The notes: generated by a model from the letters alone, not told the origin. DNA of 64,000 nt from an uncultured delta proteobacterium (GCA_963803435.1 CAWDML010000003.1:800001-864000); one strand, 5' to 3'; positions 33,000 through 44,795 are shown, counted from the first letter of the stretch. Translations and numbers: made by a program.

Positions 33000-33947
33000 G
33001 TGGCGAACCTCGAATCGGTCGCCTCCATGCTGGCGCGCGGTCCGATGCCGCTCTCCCAGTCGGCGAAGATCGTGGCGCAGCTCTGTGCGCTGCTGGCGCC
33101 GCTCCACGACCAGCGCCGCACGCACTCGGCCGTCACGCCCGAGAATGTCTACTTTCGCCACGTCGGAGGTGAGCTGACGGTCGAGCTCCGCGACCTCGCC
33201 ACCGCTCCAACGCAGTACGCCACGCCCGAGCAGATCGCAGGCCGTCCGGAGGGCCCCAGCGGCGACGTCTACTGCCTGGGCGTCCTCTTCTTCCACATGA
33301 TCACCGGTGTCCCGCCGTTCGACGGCCGCTCCAAAGAGGAGATCCGCGAGAAGCACCGCACGAAGAGCCCGCCCGAGCTGGGGCACAACCAGCTCCAGGA
33401 CATTCCGCTCGAGCTCGAGGCCTTGGTCCACTCGATGCTCGCGAAGGATCCCTTTCGACGTCCTCCGGTGCGCCAGATCGCGACGGACATCGACAACCTC
33501 GATCTCGACTCGACCGTGATGGGTGTCCGCATCCAGGCCGCGCTCGATCCCGATGCAACCGAGGCGACCGAGACACCCGACCTCGATCCCTCGCTCCTGC
33601 ACAACGTCGACGTCGAGGCCCGCACCGATCCGCACCTCGTCGATCCCTACGCCGACACGCTCATCAAGGACCGCACCGAGCTCGGCCTGGACGACATCGA
33701 GGGCGTCTCCGACACGCACCTCGACTTCGGCTTCAGGAAGCCGATCTCCGGATGGAACGAGGAGGATGCGACCCGGATCCTCGACCAGGCCAAGGACGCG
33801 CTGATCCCGGATCCGGCCATTGCCCCGAGCGCGCCGCCGCGCCCCCCGGCCCCGCCCCGCGATCGCTCTGTCCTGCTCTTCGGCTTCGGCGTGGTCTTCT
33901 TCCTGGCCGCGCTCGCGATGGCCGCGTTCGCCTTCATGCGCAGCTAG
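33000..33947 (+). CDS. Ser/Thr pseudokinase (C-lobe only) with acidic linker and C-terminal TM
   Basis: YATPEQ and DVYCLGVLFFHMITGVPPF present; HRD replaced by HSA, no DFG, no Gly loop. Confidence 0.75.
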   Translation: MANLESVASMLARGPMPLSQSAKIVAQLCALLAPLHDQRRTHSAVTPENVYFRHVGGELTVELRDLATAPTQYATPEQIAGRPEGPSGDVYCLGVLFFHMITGVPPFDGRSKEEIREKHRTKSPPELGHNQLQDIPLELEALVHSMLAKDPFRRPPVRQIATDIDNLDLDSTVMGVRIQAALDPDATEATETPDLDPSLLHNVDVEARTDPHLVDPYADTLIKDRTELGLDDIEGVSDTHLDFGFRKPISGWNEEDATRILDQAKDALIPDPAIAPSAPPRPPAPPRDRSVLLFGFGVVFFLAALAMAAFAFMRS

Positions 33948-34019
33948 GAGCCGGTCCAGAAACCGTTCCGTTCGCAGTTTGCTGTTTCGTCGTTCTGTCA
34001 TTCGCTGTTCGATCCGGCG

Positions 34020-34355
34020 ATGAAGGGCGATGACATCGCAGAACGACTGCTCAAGTTTGCGAAGCGTGTACTTCGGCTTTGCCGCGAGTTCCCAAACGAC
34101 TTTGCCGGCAAGCACGTTGTCCGACAGCTGATCCGGTGTTCATCCGGAGGTGGTGCGAATGACGAGGAAGCGCGTGGCGGCGAGAGCCTTGCCGACTTCA
34201 TCCACAAGATGGCGGTCGCTCGCAAGGATGGTTGCGTCTTGCCGATCCGGAGCTGATGCAGGGAGCGGAGATCGCTTCGCTGATCCGAGAGGCCAACGAA
34301 CTCTCTGCGATTCTGACGAGCTCCATCAAGACGGCGAAGGCTCGATCAGGGAAGT
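34020..34355 (+). pseudogene. Four-helix-bundle (23S rRNA IVP/Avd-like) protein, internally deleted or frameshifted
   Basis: IAERLLKFAKRVLRLC, RQLIRCSSGGGANDEEARGGESLADFIHKM, then LIREANELSAILTSSIKTAK in another frame; end approximate. Confidence 0.8.
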
Positions 34356-34778
34356 CATCGAGCCCGCTGGAACGCGATGATCGCGCACGCAAGATGAACC
34401 AGCCCGAGATACCGCGATCCCGTTCGTTCCCACCGCACGAGTCATGCGCGGAACTGGTTGTGCCAAGCGTTCGTGCGCTCGACAACCCAGCGCCGCGGCC
34501 TACCGCGGACACAGCCAGCGAGTGCAGGCTCGCCGCGGCGGCGGATAGGCGGTTTGATCCGGCGCGCTCGAATCGACTGTGGCACGTCGAACCGGAGCTG
34601 AACTCGCGCGGCAGGGCCTTCCACTGGCACCCTGTCCGAAGGCGATAGACGATACCTGCCATCACGACGCGATCCGCAACCCGCGGGCGACCTCCCCGCG
34701 GCCTTGGACCTCGCTTCGGGAGTAACGGCTCAATGCGTTTCCACAGGGCGTCCGGAAGACTTGCGAATCTTGCCTGCA
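34355..34778 (-). pseudogene. IS5-family transposase remnant with the central DDE region deleted
   Basis: LPDALWKRIEPLLP, GGRPR, GIVYRLRTGCQWKALP, GSTCHSRF joined to RWVVERTNAW and LVRWER; internal stop. Confidence 0.85.
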
Positions 34779-34904
34779 TCGACTCTGCAGAACACTCGAT
34801 CGAGCACGATGCAACAACGGCCGCTTTGAATAGCGAATGAGCAGAACGAGCGAAACAGGAAACGCGGAACGGTCCGGAGGTTTTCGGACCGGCTCTAATA
34901 CTAC

Positions 34905-35040
34905 CTGGTCCTAAGACCGTTCCGTTCGCGATTCCGTGTGGCACTTGTTCTGGCATTCGCTGTTCGTCTTCAGCTCATGAAGGGCGATGACATCGCGGAT
35001 CGGTTGCTCGGGTTTGCGAAGCGCGTTCTTCGGCTGCCGC
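34905..35040 (+). repeat. Second, truncated direct copy of the left arm plus four-helix-bundle 5' end
   Basis: accgttccgttcgc...cattcgctgttcg...atgaagggcgatgacatcgc repeats 33962-34080; encodes MKGDDIADRLLGFAKRVLRL from 34977. Confidence 0.8.
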
Positions 35041-35068
35041 ACGAGCCACTGGTCGTGAACGTTAAGGA

Positions 35069-37076
35069 CTACAGCGCGCAGTCCTCATCCTGGAGGTCGA
35101 TGAGGCCGTCGCAGTCGTCGTCGAGGCCGTTCTGGCAGTCCTCGGACGCTTGGCAGCCGCAGCCGTCGTCCGGGACGCCGTCGCAGTCGTTGTCGATCCC
35201 GTCGCCGCAGATTCTCGTCGACCGGCGTGCAGCAGTCCTCGTCGACGATTCCGTCGCAGTCGTTGTCGAGGTTGTCACAGAGCTCGACCGTCGACGGGCA
35301 GACCTCCTCGGTCGAGAGCGCCCAGTAGGCGCGATGGTTGCCCTCCTCGATCGACTGGAACGGCATCCAGAAGGCCGGGAAGCTGGGGTCCTGACCGGCG
35401 GCGGCCCGGTCGAGATCGATCGCGGCGCCCCAGAGCTGGTCCCGGTCGGTGCCGACGAGGACGTCGCCGTAGTCGCGGAGCGACGAGAACGCCAGCCAGT
35501 TGATCTCCGGCTTGGTGCTGGGCGCCCAGGTCGGCATCGTATTTCCGATATTCACGATCCCGCGCTCGTTGCGCACGGTGCGGTTGAGCTGCTCGAGCAA
35601 GATCGGCGAGCCGGTGCCGTCCGCGCGGACCACGTAGAGCTCGGCAGGCGGGCTATCCTTTGACTTGCCGCGCGTCTTCACGAACGCGATCCACTGGCTG
35701 TCGGGTGAGTGCGTGGGGAAGAAGAGCGTGTCGTCCGGTGCGCTGCTGGCGACGATCGTCTCCGGCTCCCCGAACGTTCCGTCCGCGCGGACCGCCATCC
35801 GGGCGATGCTCGTCCCGGTGACGTCCTTGTTCTTCGTCTCGCGTCCGGTCGCCAGCGTGACGGCGACGTGGCTGCCGTCCGGCGACCAGTCCGGATGCGT
35901 CGCATAGTCGTTCGCCGGGAGCGCGACCTGCTGGAGCACGTCGCCGGTCTCCACGTCGAGCAGCGTCAGCTTCCCCTTGCTGGCGAACAGGAGCCGGGTG
36001 GCGCCGGGGTTGAAGGTCCCCCATCCGTAGTCCAGAGCCATCTGATTCGGATCGGCCGGCGACTTCACCTCGAGCTCTGGGATCGTGACCAGCCGGAGCC
36101 GCTCTCCGTCGTAGCCGGCCGCGAGCCGCCGCCCGTCGCGGCTGACCGTGTGGCAAGCGACGCACTTCTGGTCGCCCGACGCCGGGTCCGTGTAGAACTT
36201 CGCGGCGATCGGTGCGGCGATCGTCGCGCGGTTGATCCCCATGGCTCCCGTCGACCAGTAGTAGAGGGCGCCGATCACCTCCGACTCGGAGAAGCCGATC
36301 GTGATCGCGTCCGAGCGATAGACAGTGGTGGACGTCTGGGTCTTCGCGCGGACCGTCATCGTCACGGTGCGGCCGGCGTTCGACTCCGCGAGCCAAGCCC
36401 GGTTGGCGTCGTCGAGGAGGAAGGCCCGCTCGGTCGTATAGTACCGGACCGTCGTGACGCTGCTGTCGAAGCGGACCTCGAACAGATCGTGGCCCGGGTC
36501 GCTCCGCCACTGGAAGCGCACATTGCTGATGTTCCGGGGGAAGCGGGTCTCGTCGCTCGGATAGACGATCAGCGGCACCTGCGCCACGCCCGCCCGATCG
36601 TCCGCCGGGCTCTCCGGGAACTGCTGCCGGGCGTCCGGCGGGGTCCCGGGCGCGACGGCGACCACGTCGAGCCGGACCGAGAGGTCGGCGGTCGCCTGGT
36701 AGGCCTCGGCGGCAGCGCGCACCTTCGTGTCGCCCCCGATCCCCGTGCCCGTGAATCGGCCGCCGTCGATGGTCCCGAGGCGCGCCTCGTCGATCGTCCA
36801 GGCCACCTGGCCGGTGACGTCGCGCTCCCCGTCGTCGAACGTTCCGTAGGCCGTGAACGCCGCGGTCGGCAGGGGAGGGAGGCCGTCGCTCACGATCCGT
36901 TGGCTCGGTGGATCGATGCGCAGGCCCATCAGGCCCGGGATCTTCGGCAGGCCGCCGTCGGGCGGTCCGCCGTCCGCGCCCGGGTCGATGCCGGCGTCGT
37001 CACCGGGGACCAGCGTCACCGGCTGGCGCGAGCAGCCGGCGGCCAATAGCAAGAGACCGATGAGGGCAGGTCGCAT
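35069..37076 (-). CDS. Lipoprotein with Ig-like and TolB/WD40 propeller domains and C-terminal DNDCDG repeats (frameshift near 35215)
   Basis: Lipobox AAGC; HPDWSPDG, PTHSPDS, PTWAP; one CVACH; CDNLDNDCDG repeats continue in ORF 35069..35278. Confidence 0.75.
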
Positions 37077-37079
37077 CCG

Positions 37080-38181
<1,102 letters not shown>

Positions 38182-38189
<8 letters not shown>

Positions 38190-38790
38190 CTTCGCCTCTC
38201 GTCGTTTCCAGAAAGTCGCGAAGGTACGGGTCCTTCTCGGCCAGGACGCGGAGCTCCTTTCGCGCGTGGCTGATCTGCGCGTACGTGGCGGCGACCGACG
38301 AGCCCGTGTGCCCGGCGATCTCCTCCACCGTCATCCCCTCGATCTCGTAGAGGAGAAAGGCCACGCGCTTCTTCTTCGAGATGTGGTCCAGCGCCAGGCG
38401 CACGCGGCGGAGCTGCTCGCGGCCGACCGCGATCTGCTCGGGGCTCGCGTCGGTGGCCCCCGGCTCCGGCGGCATCGGCCCGCGCCGCCTGATCCAGGCG
38501 GTCGGTCGCATCGCGCGCTGCGCCACCTTGACGGTGATGCCGCCGATGAACGTCGACAGAGAGCTCTCGCCGCGAAAGCGACAGAGGCTCCGGCAGGTCT
38601 CGAGGAAGACCGTCTGGACCAGATCTTCGAGGTCGTTCCTCGGGCCGAGCATCCGGACGAGCAGCCGGGTCACGCGCGGCTGGTGCTCGCGGACGATCGC
38701 ATCGAGCGCCCGCGCGTCGGGCGCGTCCTCCCGAGCGCGCGACATCAGCGCCGCGACCGCCGGGCGGTTCTGGAGGGCGATCGCCACCAC
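38182..38790 (-). CDS. ECF RNA polymerase sigma factor
   Basis: EDLVQTVFLE, FRGESSLSTFI, RVAFLLYEIEGMTVEEIA; start uncertain. Confidence 0.88.
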
Positions 38791-38854
38791 CCGTGAGTCA
38801 CACCGGACCCCACGATTTCGAAGAGTGTCCCAAAGAGCATCTATCGTGTCGAAT

Positions 38855-39754
38855 TTACTGGGCCTGCCAGCGCCACCGGAGCGACAGCGCGGCGCTCCAG
38901 CGGAGCCGCCCCTCGGCGACAGCCACCTGGTCGCGGACCAGGTAGTCCGCCGGGCTGGCCGTCGCGCCGAGGGCCGCGTCGAGCACGACCGAGAGACCCA
39001 CACCGACAGCGATCTCGAAGACCGGGCCGACCGCGATCCACGCCGGCGCTCGCCGGTCCCGCCCCTCGATCGCGCCCTCGGGCGTGGTCGCGCGCGCTTC
39101 CGTGATCGCGACGCCCGCCTCGAGCCGGAGGCCGATCCGGAGCCACGCGTGTTTCCATCCGCCCGCCACCGCCACCGCCGGACCCCAGCGCCGGTACAGG
39201 ATCTGGTTCCTGGTCGTCTCGACCGGCGCCCGTGCCCCCACGGCGACGCCGGTGAAGATCCCGTGCTCCGCGTCCAGAAGCTCCGCGCCGATGAAGAGCC
39301 GGGGTTCGAGGAGCAGCGGCTCGTGCGCGAACGACTCGGTGACGCCGAGGCCGAGCGACAGGAAGACTGCGGGGAGAAGGCGCGCGGTCGGTGGTTCGCC
39401 GCGCTTGGGGATGGGGAGCCGAGCGAACCGGATCAGCTCGGCGGCGGCGATGGCGGCGGCGTAGCTGGACGCCGCGGTGTCGAGCGCTCGGAGGAGGATC
39501 GTCGCATCCGCGCGCCGAGCCACCACCACCCGCCCGCTCGCAGGTTCGAAGAGGACGATGAGCGGCTCGGGCCAGTCCGGGAGCCGGCCGCTGAGGATCG
39601 CGTCGACGGCGTGCGTGGCGGTCCGGACCGTCGTCGGCACCGCCAGCTCGCCCGACAGCTGGGTGGCGAAGTCGTTGGTCCGCGGCACCTCGGGATCGAC
39701 GACGATCCCGACCTCCGTCTGCGCGGCCAGGAGAAGAAGCGGAAGGAGGCCCAT
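38855..39754 (-). CDS. Exported protein with C-terminal beta-barrel-like domain
   Basis: Hydrophobic N-terminus; alternating strands; ends LSLRWRWQAQ. Confidence 0.55.
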   Translation of the reverse strand: MGLLPLLLLAAQTEVGIVVDPEVPRTNDFATQLSGELAVPTTVRTATHAVDAILSGRLPDWPEPLIVLFEPASGRVVVARRADATILLRALDTAASSYAAAIAAAELIRFARLPIPKRGEPPTARLLPAVFLSLGLGVTESFAHEPLLLEPRLFIGAELLDAEHGIFTGVAVGARAPVETTRNQILYRRWGPAVAVAGGWKHAWLRIGLRLEAGVAITEARATTPEGAIEGRDRRAPAWIAVGPVFEIAVGVGLSVVLDAALGATASPADYLVRDQVAVAEGRLRWSAALSLRWRWQAQ

Positions 39755-39765
39755 CGGGGGAGCGG

Positions 39766-41301
39766 CTACCCGGCCTCGTCCGCTCCGATGTCCACGCCCG
39801 CCCCGAGCGGCCTCGGGTCTCCGTCGATGTCCTCGGGGGGAGCCGGCGCGGGGTCGCCGGCATCGATGCAGGGTGACTGGGTGTCCACGTGGTCATCCTC
39901 GTCGATGAACACGGGATCGGCAAAAACGTTGCCGTCGTCTCCGCCGCTCCAGTCGGCGCTCAGGAGGCTGTAACGGGGCCGGCAGGTGGGATCGACGCCG
40001 GCCGGGTCGCCGCCGGTGTTGTTCCAGACGATGCTGTTGACGATCGGGATCGCCGCCGGACAGGCGACGCCGCCCGTGCGGGCGTCCTTGGCGATGTTGT
40101 CCGCGATCGTCACATGGACGAGCGCCGAGGTCGTCGAGGTCCCCATGACGAGCACGCCGCCGACGTCGCTCATCGCTCTTCCGTTCTCCGTCAGCATCGA
40201 GTTCACGAACGTGTGCCGACCGCCGCCGTCGAGCTTGGCGCCGCCGCCCGCATTGCGGTCGATCCGGCTCCGCGACACGAACAGGTCGCCAGCCTTCACC
40301 TCGATGCCGAGCGCGTTCGAGGGCCCGACGAAGACACGTTCGAGCTCGAGCATCGATCCGGCAGTCTCGACCTTGATGCCGCCGCCCGCGCCTTGCACGC
40401 CGGCGACCTGCACGTTCTCGAGCCGAACGTGTGCGCCGCCCTTGATCTTGACGGCGGGCATCATCGGCGACGCGATCACGGCGCTCCCTTCACCCACGAT
40501 CCGGACGTCGAAGTCACCGTCGATCATGACGCCGCCGTAGACGCCCTCCGCGAGGATCAATTGGCCGCTCCTGCGCGCGAGCAGCGCCTCGGCGATCGAG
40601 CAGAACGGATCCTCGCGGGTGCCGGCGCCGGGTCCGAAGGGGCAGGACGGTCCCCGCGCGTCGACGAGCGCGGCCTCCGTCGAGGGCGCGCAGCGGCTGG
40701 GCGTACCGAAGCAGAGCCAGCCCGGCTCTTCCGCGCAGGAGGAGCATCCGTCGCCCGGCGCGTCGTTTCCGTCGTCGCAGCTCTCGGGCGGCTCCACGCG
40801 TCGATCCGGACACTCACCGACCAGCCTCTCGCAGGTGCTCGGCGCGCCGGAGCACGTCCATCCCGGCTCGACCACGCAGGCCGGCGAACAGCCGTCACCC
40901 GCGCCCCGCCCGCCGTCATCGCACGACTCGGGGGCGCGGATCGCGCCGTCGCCGCAGCTCGGCACGTCGATGACGTCCTCGATCGCGAGTCGAACCGCTA
41001 CCCGAACGCGCGTCGGCTCGATGTCGATCGCTCCACTCCAGCGCGCGACGAGAGCTCCGCCCGCGAGGCCGGCGACCTCGAGGTCGAGCGCGTGGCCCGC
41101 GAACCGGTCGGGCAGGAGGAGCAGGAGGGTGCTGCCGGCCGGCTCGATCGGGCTCGATCGCGCCGGGAGCGCCGTCCCGTCGTCGAGCCTCCCGGCCACC
41201 TCGACCGCGTCGATCTCCGGCGCGGCGTCGATCGTGAGCTCGACGGTCGGGGAGGCGCAGCCGGCGGCGATCAAGGTCAGGCAGAGAGGGATCTTTCCCA
41301 C
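39766..41301 (-). CDS. Lipoprotein with myxobacterial Cys-rich repeats and right-handed beta-helix
   Basis: Lipobox AAGC after GTG 41301; CGDG...ESCDDG...GDGCS repeats; SPCIDAG and DIGADE terminus. Confidence 0.75.
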   Translation of the reverse strand: MGKIPLCLTLIAAGCASPTVELTIDAAPEIDAVEVAGRLDDGTALPARSSPIEPAGSTLLLLLPDRFAGHALDLEVAGLAGGALVARWSGAIDIEPTRVRVAVRLAIEDVIDVPSCGDGAIRAPESCDDGGRGAGDGCSPACVVEPGWTCSGAPSTCERLVGECPDRRVEPPESCDDGNDAPGDGCSSCAEEPGWLCFGTPSRCAPSTEAALVDARGPSCPFGPGAGTREDPFCSIAEALLARRSGQLILAEGVYGGVMIDGDFDVRIVGEGSAVIASPMMPAVKIKGGAHVRLENVQVAGVQGAGGGIKVETAGSMLELERVFVGPSNALGIEVKAGDLFVSRSRIDRNAGGGAKLDGGGRHTFVNSMLTENGRAMSDVGGVLVMGTSTTSALVHVTIADNIAKDARTGGVACPAAIPIVNSIVWNNTGGDPAGVDPTCRPRYSLLSADWSGGDDGNVFADPVFIDEDDHVDTQSPCIDAGDPAPAPPEDIDGDPRPLGAGVDIGADEAG

Positions 41302-41407
41302 AGCCGTGGGTCGCGGGAGGCCGCCTGGATTCCAAAACTCCGTGCAAGCGCTCGACATGATTGGGATGCGTGAGCCTTTTTCGAAATTCGCCTGCCGGCG
41401 GAGACCC

Positions 41408-42658
41408 ATGGGCGTGCGGCTGTCGGGGACGTCCTTGTTGTCGCGCGAGACGTGGGTGGTCCGAGAGCGCTCGGGGGTCAGGGAGAGCCATCGGATCGGC
41501 ACCATGGTCGGGGCGTATCGCCTCGATCGACTTCTCGGCGAAGGGGCGGCCGGCCTCGTGTACCAGGCCACCCACGTCAAGCTCGGCCGGCGCGTCGCGC
41601 TCAAGGTGCTGAGGCAAAGGCTGTCGACCAATCGGACTGCGGTCGCTCGGTTCTTCGCCGAGGCGCAGTTCGTGAACGCGATCGCGCACGAGAACATCGT
41701 CGAGATCACGGACCTGGTCGGCGGCAACGCGGACGAGGGGACGCCCTGCTACTACGTGATGGAGCTGCTCGAGGGGGAGACGCTGTTCGAGCTGCTCGGG
41801 CGCGAGCGCATCGATCGCAGGCGTGCCCTCCGCATCGCGTCCCAGATCGCGGCCGCCCTGGCGGCGGTCCACGACCAGGGGATCGTCCACCGGGATCTCA
41901 AGCCGGAGAACGTGTTCATCGGCGCGGGCGATCGGGTCAAGCTGCTCGACTTTGGCGTCGCCAAGCTCTCGAGAGAAGCCGGCCAGGCCTCGGCGGTCAC
42001 CGCTGCGGGCGCCCTGATCGGGACGCCGGGCTACATCGCGCCCGAGCAGACGCTCGACGCGGACGTCGATCCCCGCGCGGACGTCTACGCCTTCGGCGTG
42101 ATCCTCTTCGAGATGGTGACGGGGCGGCCGCCGTTCGTGGATCAGGACGTCTGCAGTCTGTTGCTCCGGCATCGAAACGAGCCGGCGCCGGATCCGGCCA
42201 TGGTCACGCTCGGTACCGAGCGCGTGCCCCGACGTCTGGCGGATCTGATCCTCGCGTGCCTCGAGAAGTCGCCGGACGCGCGCCCGAGGAACGGCGCGGC
42301 GGTCCTCGAGCGGCTCGGACGCGTGGAGCGACGGGCTGGCCGCCGCGCGTCGCTCGCAGCGCTCATCCTCATCGCGGCCGCCGGGTACGCGGGGATCACG
42401 GCGATGCGTCACCCGGTGGAGGCGCCGGCGGTCACCACCATCGATCCGATCGGGGTCCTGGTCACGGTCGAGCGCCCGCCCGCGCCGCCTTCGCCTGTCG
42501 TCCGCTGCGAAGAGGTCGCGGAGCCGCCCCGACGCGCCGCGCTGAAAGCCAAGAGGCGGCGGCACCCGCGGAGGGTCGAGCGGTCGCAGAAGGTCGAGGT
42601 CGTGGACGCGCCCGTCTCGCCCGCGCGAATGATCAACCCGTTCGAGGGCGGGCGATGA
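41408..42658 (+). CDS. Hanks-type Ser/Thr protein kinase with TM segment
   Basis: LGEGAAGLVY, VALKVL, HRDLKPEN, DFGVAK, GTPGYIAPEQ. Confidence 0.92.
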   Translation: MGVRLSGTSLLSRETWVVRERSGVRESHRIGTMVGAYRLDRLLGEGAAGLVYQATHVKLGRRVALKVLRQRLSTNRTAVARFFAEAQFVNAIAHENIVEITDLVGGNADEGTPCYYVMELLEGETLFELLGRERIDRRRALRIASQIAAALAAVHDQGIVHRDLKPENVFIGAGDRVKLLDFGVAKLSREAGQASAVTAAGALIGTPGYIAPEQTLDADVDPRADVYAFGVILFEMVTGRPPFVDQDVCSLLLRHRNEPAPDPAMVTLGTERVPRRLADLILACLEKSPDARPRNGAAVLERLGRVERRAGRRASLAALILIAAAGYAGITAMRHPVEAPAVTTIDPIGVLVTVERPPAPPSPVVRCEEVAEPPRRAALKAKRRRHPRRVERSQKVEVVDAPVSPARMINPFEGGR

Positions 42659-43185
42659 CGCCGATCCTGCTCTTGCTCGCGCTCTCGACTCCGGGTGGCG
42701 CCGAGGATCAGGCCGCCGCCAAGAGCGCCTTCGAGCGGGCTGCGAAGCACTTCGAGGTCGGCGAGTTCGAGGAGGCGCTGCCGCTCTTTCTCGAGGCCTA
42801 CGATCGAGCCGGTCACGACGAGCTGCTGTTCAACATCGCTCAGTGCCACCGCAACCTCGGGCACTTCGAGCGCGCGATCTTCTTCTTCGAGCGCTACCTG
42901 CAGAGCCCGACGGCCACCAACGTCGAGTCGGTGCGCGGTCTCGTCCGAGAGCTCGAGGCGCGCGCGGCCCAGGCGGCGTCCGCGGCGACCGTGACAGCGC
43001 CTCCTCCGCCCCCGGCCCTGGCGCCCCCGATCCCCCCTCCCGACGCGCCGTCACTGGCCAGCCGCTGGTGGTTCTGGGCGATCCTGGCCGCCGGCACGCT
43101 CGCGGTCGCGGGCGCCACCTGGGGCGCGGTCGAGGCCGCGACGCCGGGCGAGACGATACCCACGATCGACTATCGCCGTCTCTGA
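42655..43185 (+). CDS. TPR protein with signal peptide and C-terminal TM
   Basis: ATGA overlap with kinase; LLFNIAQCHRNLG TPR; RWWFW anchor. Confidence 0.8.
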   Translation: MTPILLLLALSTPGGAEDQAAAKSAFERAAKHFEVGEFEEALPLFLEAYDRAGHDELLFNIAQCHRNLGHFERAIFFFERYLQSPTATNVESVRGLVRELEARAAQAASAATVTAPPPPPALAPPIPPPDAPSLASRWWFWAILAAGTLAVAGATWGAVEAATPGETIPTIDYRRL

Positions 43186-43195
43186 TCCGAGGGCC

Positions 43196-44197
43196 TCAGG
43201 GGACCTTGTGCCAGTGCGCCGTGATCGCGCGGATCGCCTCCTGATCGCGCATCGAGAAGTCACGATCCCAGCGCGCCGATCCCGGCATCCACTTCCACCA
43301 GAACGCGCCGGCCAGCAGCGGATGATCGAGCTCCTCGAAGGCCAGGTCGAACAGGCGCGTCCGGAGGGCGCGGGCGGCCGGGCTGGCGTCGAGGTCCGGC
43401 TCCCACGGCTTCGAGGCGGCCTTCCGCGACCGTGCGTAGCCGATCTCGGTGAACAGGATCTTCTTGTCGCCGTGCGCCTTGGAGAGCGCCGACAGCCGGG
43501 CCCAGACCCGTTTCCAGCCGTCTCTCAGCGCCGCGTCCGTCGGCGACGCGTCGGTGGCCAGCGGGAAGTACGCCTGTACGCCGATCAGATCGACCGCGTC
43601 CCAGAAGGGCACCCGGTCGATCCCGTCCCAGTTGGCCGCGTAGGTGATCTGGCCGTGATACACGCGCCGGACCGCGCCGATGATCCGCCGCCACTCGGCC
43701 TCGTGCTGCATCGTCTTCTCGTATTCGATGCCGATCGAAAGCAGCGGCAGGTGGCGTTCCTCCGCGAAGCGGGCGTGCGCGACGATGAACGACTGGTAGT
43801 CGTTGAAGAAGCGCTCCCAGGCCGCCTTGTCGTCACCGAAGCCGATCTCGCCGCGCCACGCGAAGGTTCCCCAGTAGGCGAGGTGCGGGTTCCAGAAGAT
43901 CTTAAGCCCCTCGCTCGTGGTGATCGGGACCGAGCGCAACAGGTAGCCGGTGGTCTCGGGATCGGTGAACTCGATCCGGCCCGTGCTGTCGATTCCTCCA
44001 TAGGGATGGATCGCGACCCACTCGACGCCGAGCGTCGCCAGCTCGCGGACCGCGGTGCGCATCGCCGGCGAGCCCCAGGTCTGGCCCCAGCCGGGACAGG
44101 ACACCGTCATGCCCTTGATCGGCACCGCCTCCGCCGTCGCGGACGACACCAGCGCGAGCGCGAGCGCGAACGGGAGGCGGCGCATCGACGACAGCAT
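43196..44197 (-). CDS. Secreted glycoside hydrolase, GH113-like
   Basis: Signal peptide; SIGIEYE, TYAANWD, IGVQAYFPL, LFTEIGY. Confidence 0.8.
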   Translation of the reverse strand: MLSSMRRLPFALALALVSSATAEAVPIKGMTVSCPGWGQTWGSPAMRTAVRELATLGVEWVAIHPYGGIDSTGRIEFTDPETTGYLLRSVPITTSEGLKIFWNPHLAYWGTFAWRGEIGFGDDKAAWERFFNDYQSFIVAHARFAEERHLPLLSIGIEYEKTMQHEAEWRRIIGAVRRVYHGQITYAANWDGIDRVPFWDAVDLIGVQAYFPLATDASPTDAALRDGWKRVWARLSALSKAHGDKKILFTEIGYARSRKAASKPWEPDLDASPAARALRTRLFDLAFEELDHPLLAGAFWWKWMPGSARWDRDFSMRDQEAIRAITAHWHKVP

Positions 44198-44201
44198 GGC
44201 A

Positions 44202-44795
44202 CTACAGGACGCCCGCGATCACCTCGAGCGCCAAGAGGACCGCGCGTGCCTGCACCGATAGCGTCAGGTGCGGCCGTCCTGCGGCCGCCAGCAGCTCGTC
44301 CGGGGGCAAGTGGATGAATCCGGTGGGCACTTCACCCGGGAGCCTGTGCAGGCTCATGTACATCACCTGATTACAGAGGAACGTGCCCGCGGAGTCGCTC
44401 GGCGCGGCCTCGATGTCCGCGGCCGCCCAGGCAGCGAGGATCGCGTCGGTGGGGAGGCGCGTCGGTAGCTCGTCGGGTCCGCCGTCGATCACCGGACGGC
44501 CGCGGATCAGCGCGCCGCTGTTGTCCCGGATCGCGAAGTCCCGCCGGTTGACCGCACGGCGTTCGACCGACAGGGCGGCGCGCTCCTCGGCCAGACCGAG
44601 GTGCACGATCGCGGCGTAGTCCGCCTGATGCAGGCGGGCCAGCACCGGCTGCACGCCGTCGGTCTCGACCGGCAGCACCGCCTTCGCGATCGCGACGCCG
44701 TCGAGCCGCTCCGGTAGGTGGTCGAGGAGCGCCGAGCTGGGGTTGTGGAGGAGCGCGCCGAACGGCTCGAAGCCGGTCACCAGCACCCGTCTCAC
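44202..44795 (-). CDS. pcp: Pyroglutamyl-peptidase I
   Basis: LVTGFEPF, VERRAVN (Glu), AGTFLCN (Cys), GFIHLP (His). Confidence 0.92.
   Translation of the reverse strand: MRRVLVTGFEPFGALLHNPSSALLDHLPERLDGVAIAKAVLPVETDGVQPVLARLHQADYAAIVHLGLAEERAALSVERRAVNRRDFAIRDNSGALIRGRPVIDGGPDELPTRLPTDAILAAWAAADIEAAPSDSAGTFLCNQVMYMSLHRLPGEVPTGFIHLPPDELLAAAGRPHLTLSVQARAVLLALEVIAGVL

Larger units (their letters stand above)
33948..34895. mobile_element. Degenerate IS5-like element with about 65-bp imperfect inverted arms, carrying a four-helix-bundle gene
   Basis: gagccggtcc at 33948 and ggaccggctc ending 34895; arms 33948-34011 and 34827-34895 align as an inverted repeat; more AT-rich than flanks. Confidence 0.75.

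Noticed and set aside
34441-34445. In-frame TGA in the IS5 remnant as selenocysteine
   Set aside because: Lies in a decayed transposase at a non-Cys position
34020-35040. Diversity-generating retroelement (Avd-like gene plus duplicated sequence)
   Set aside because: No reverse transcriptase in the window, and the differences between copies are not confined to adenines
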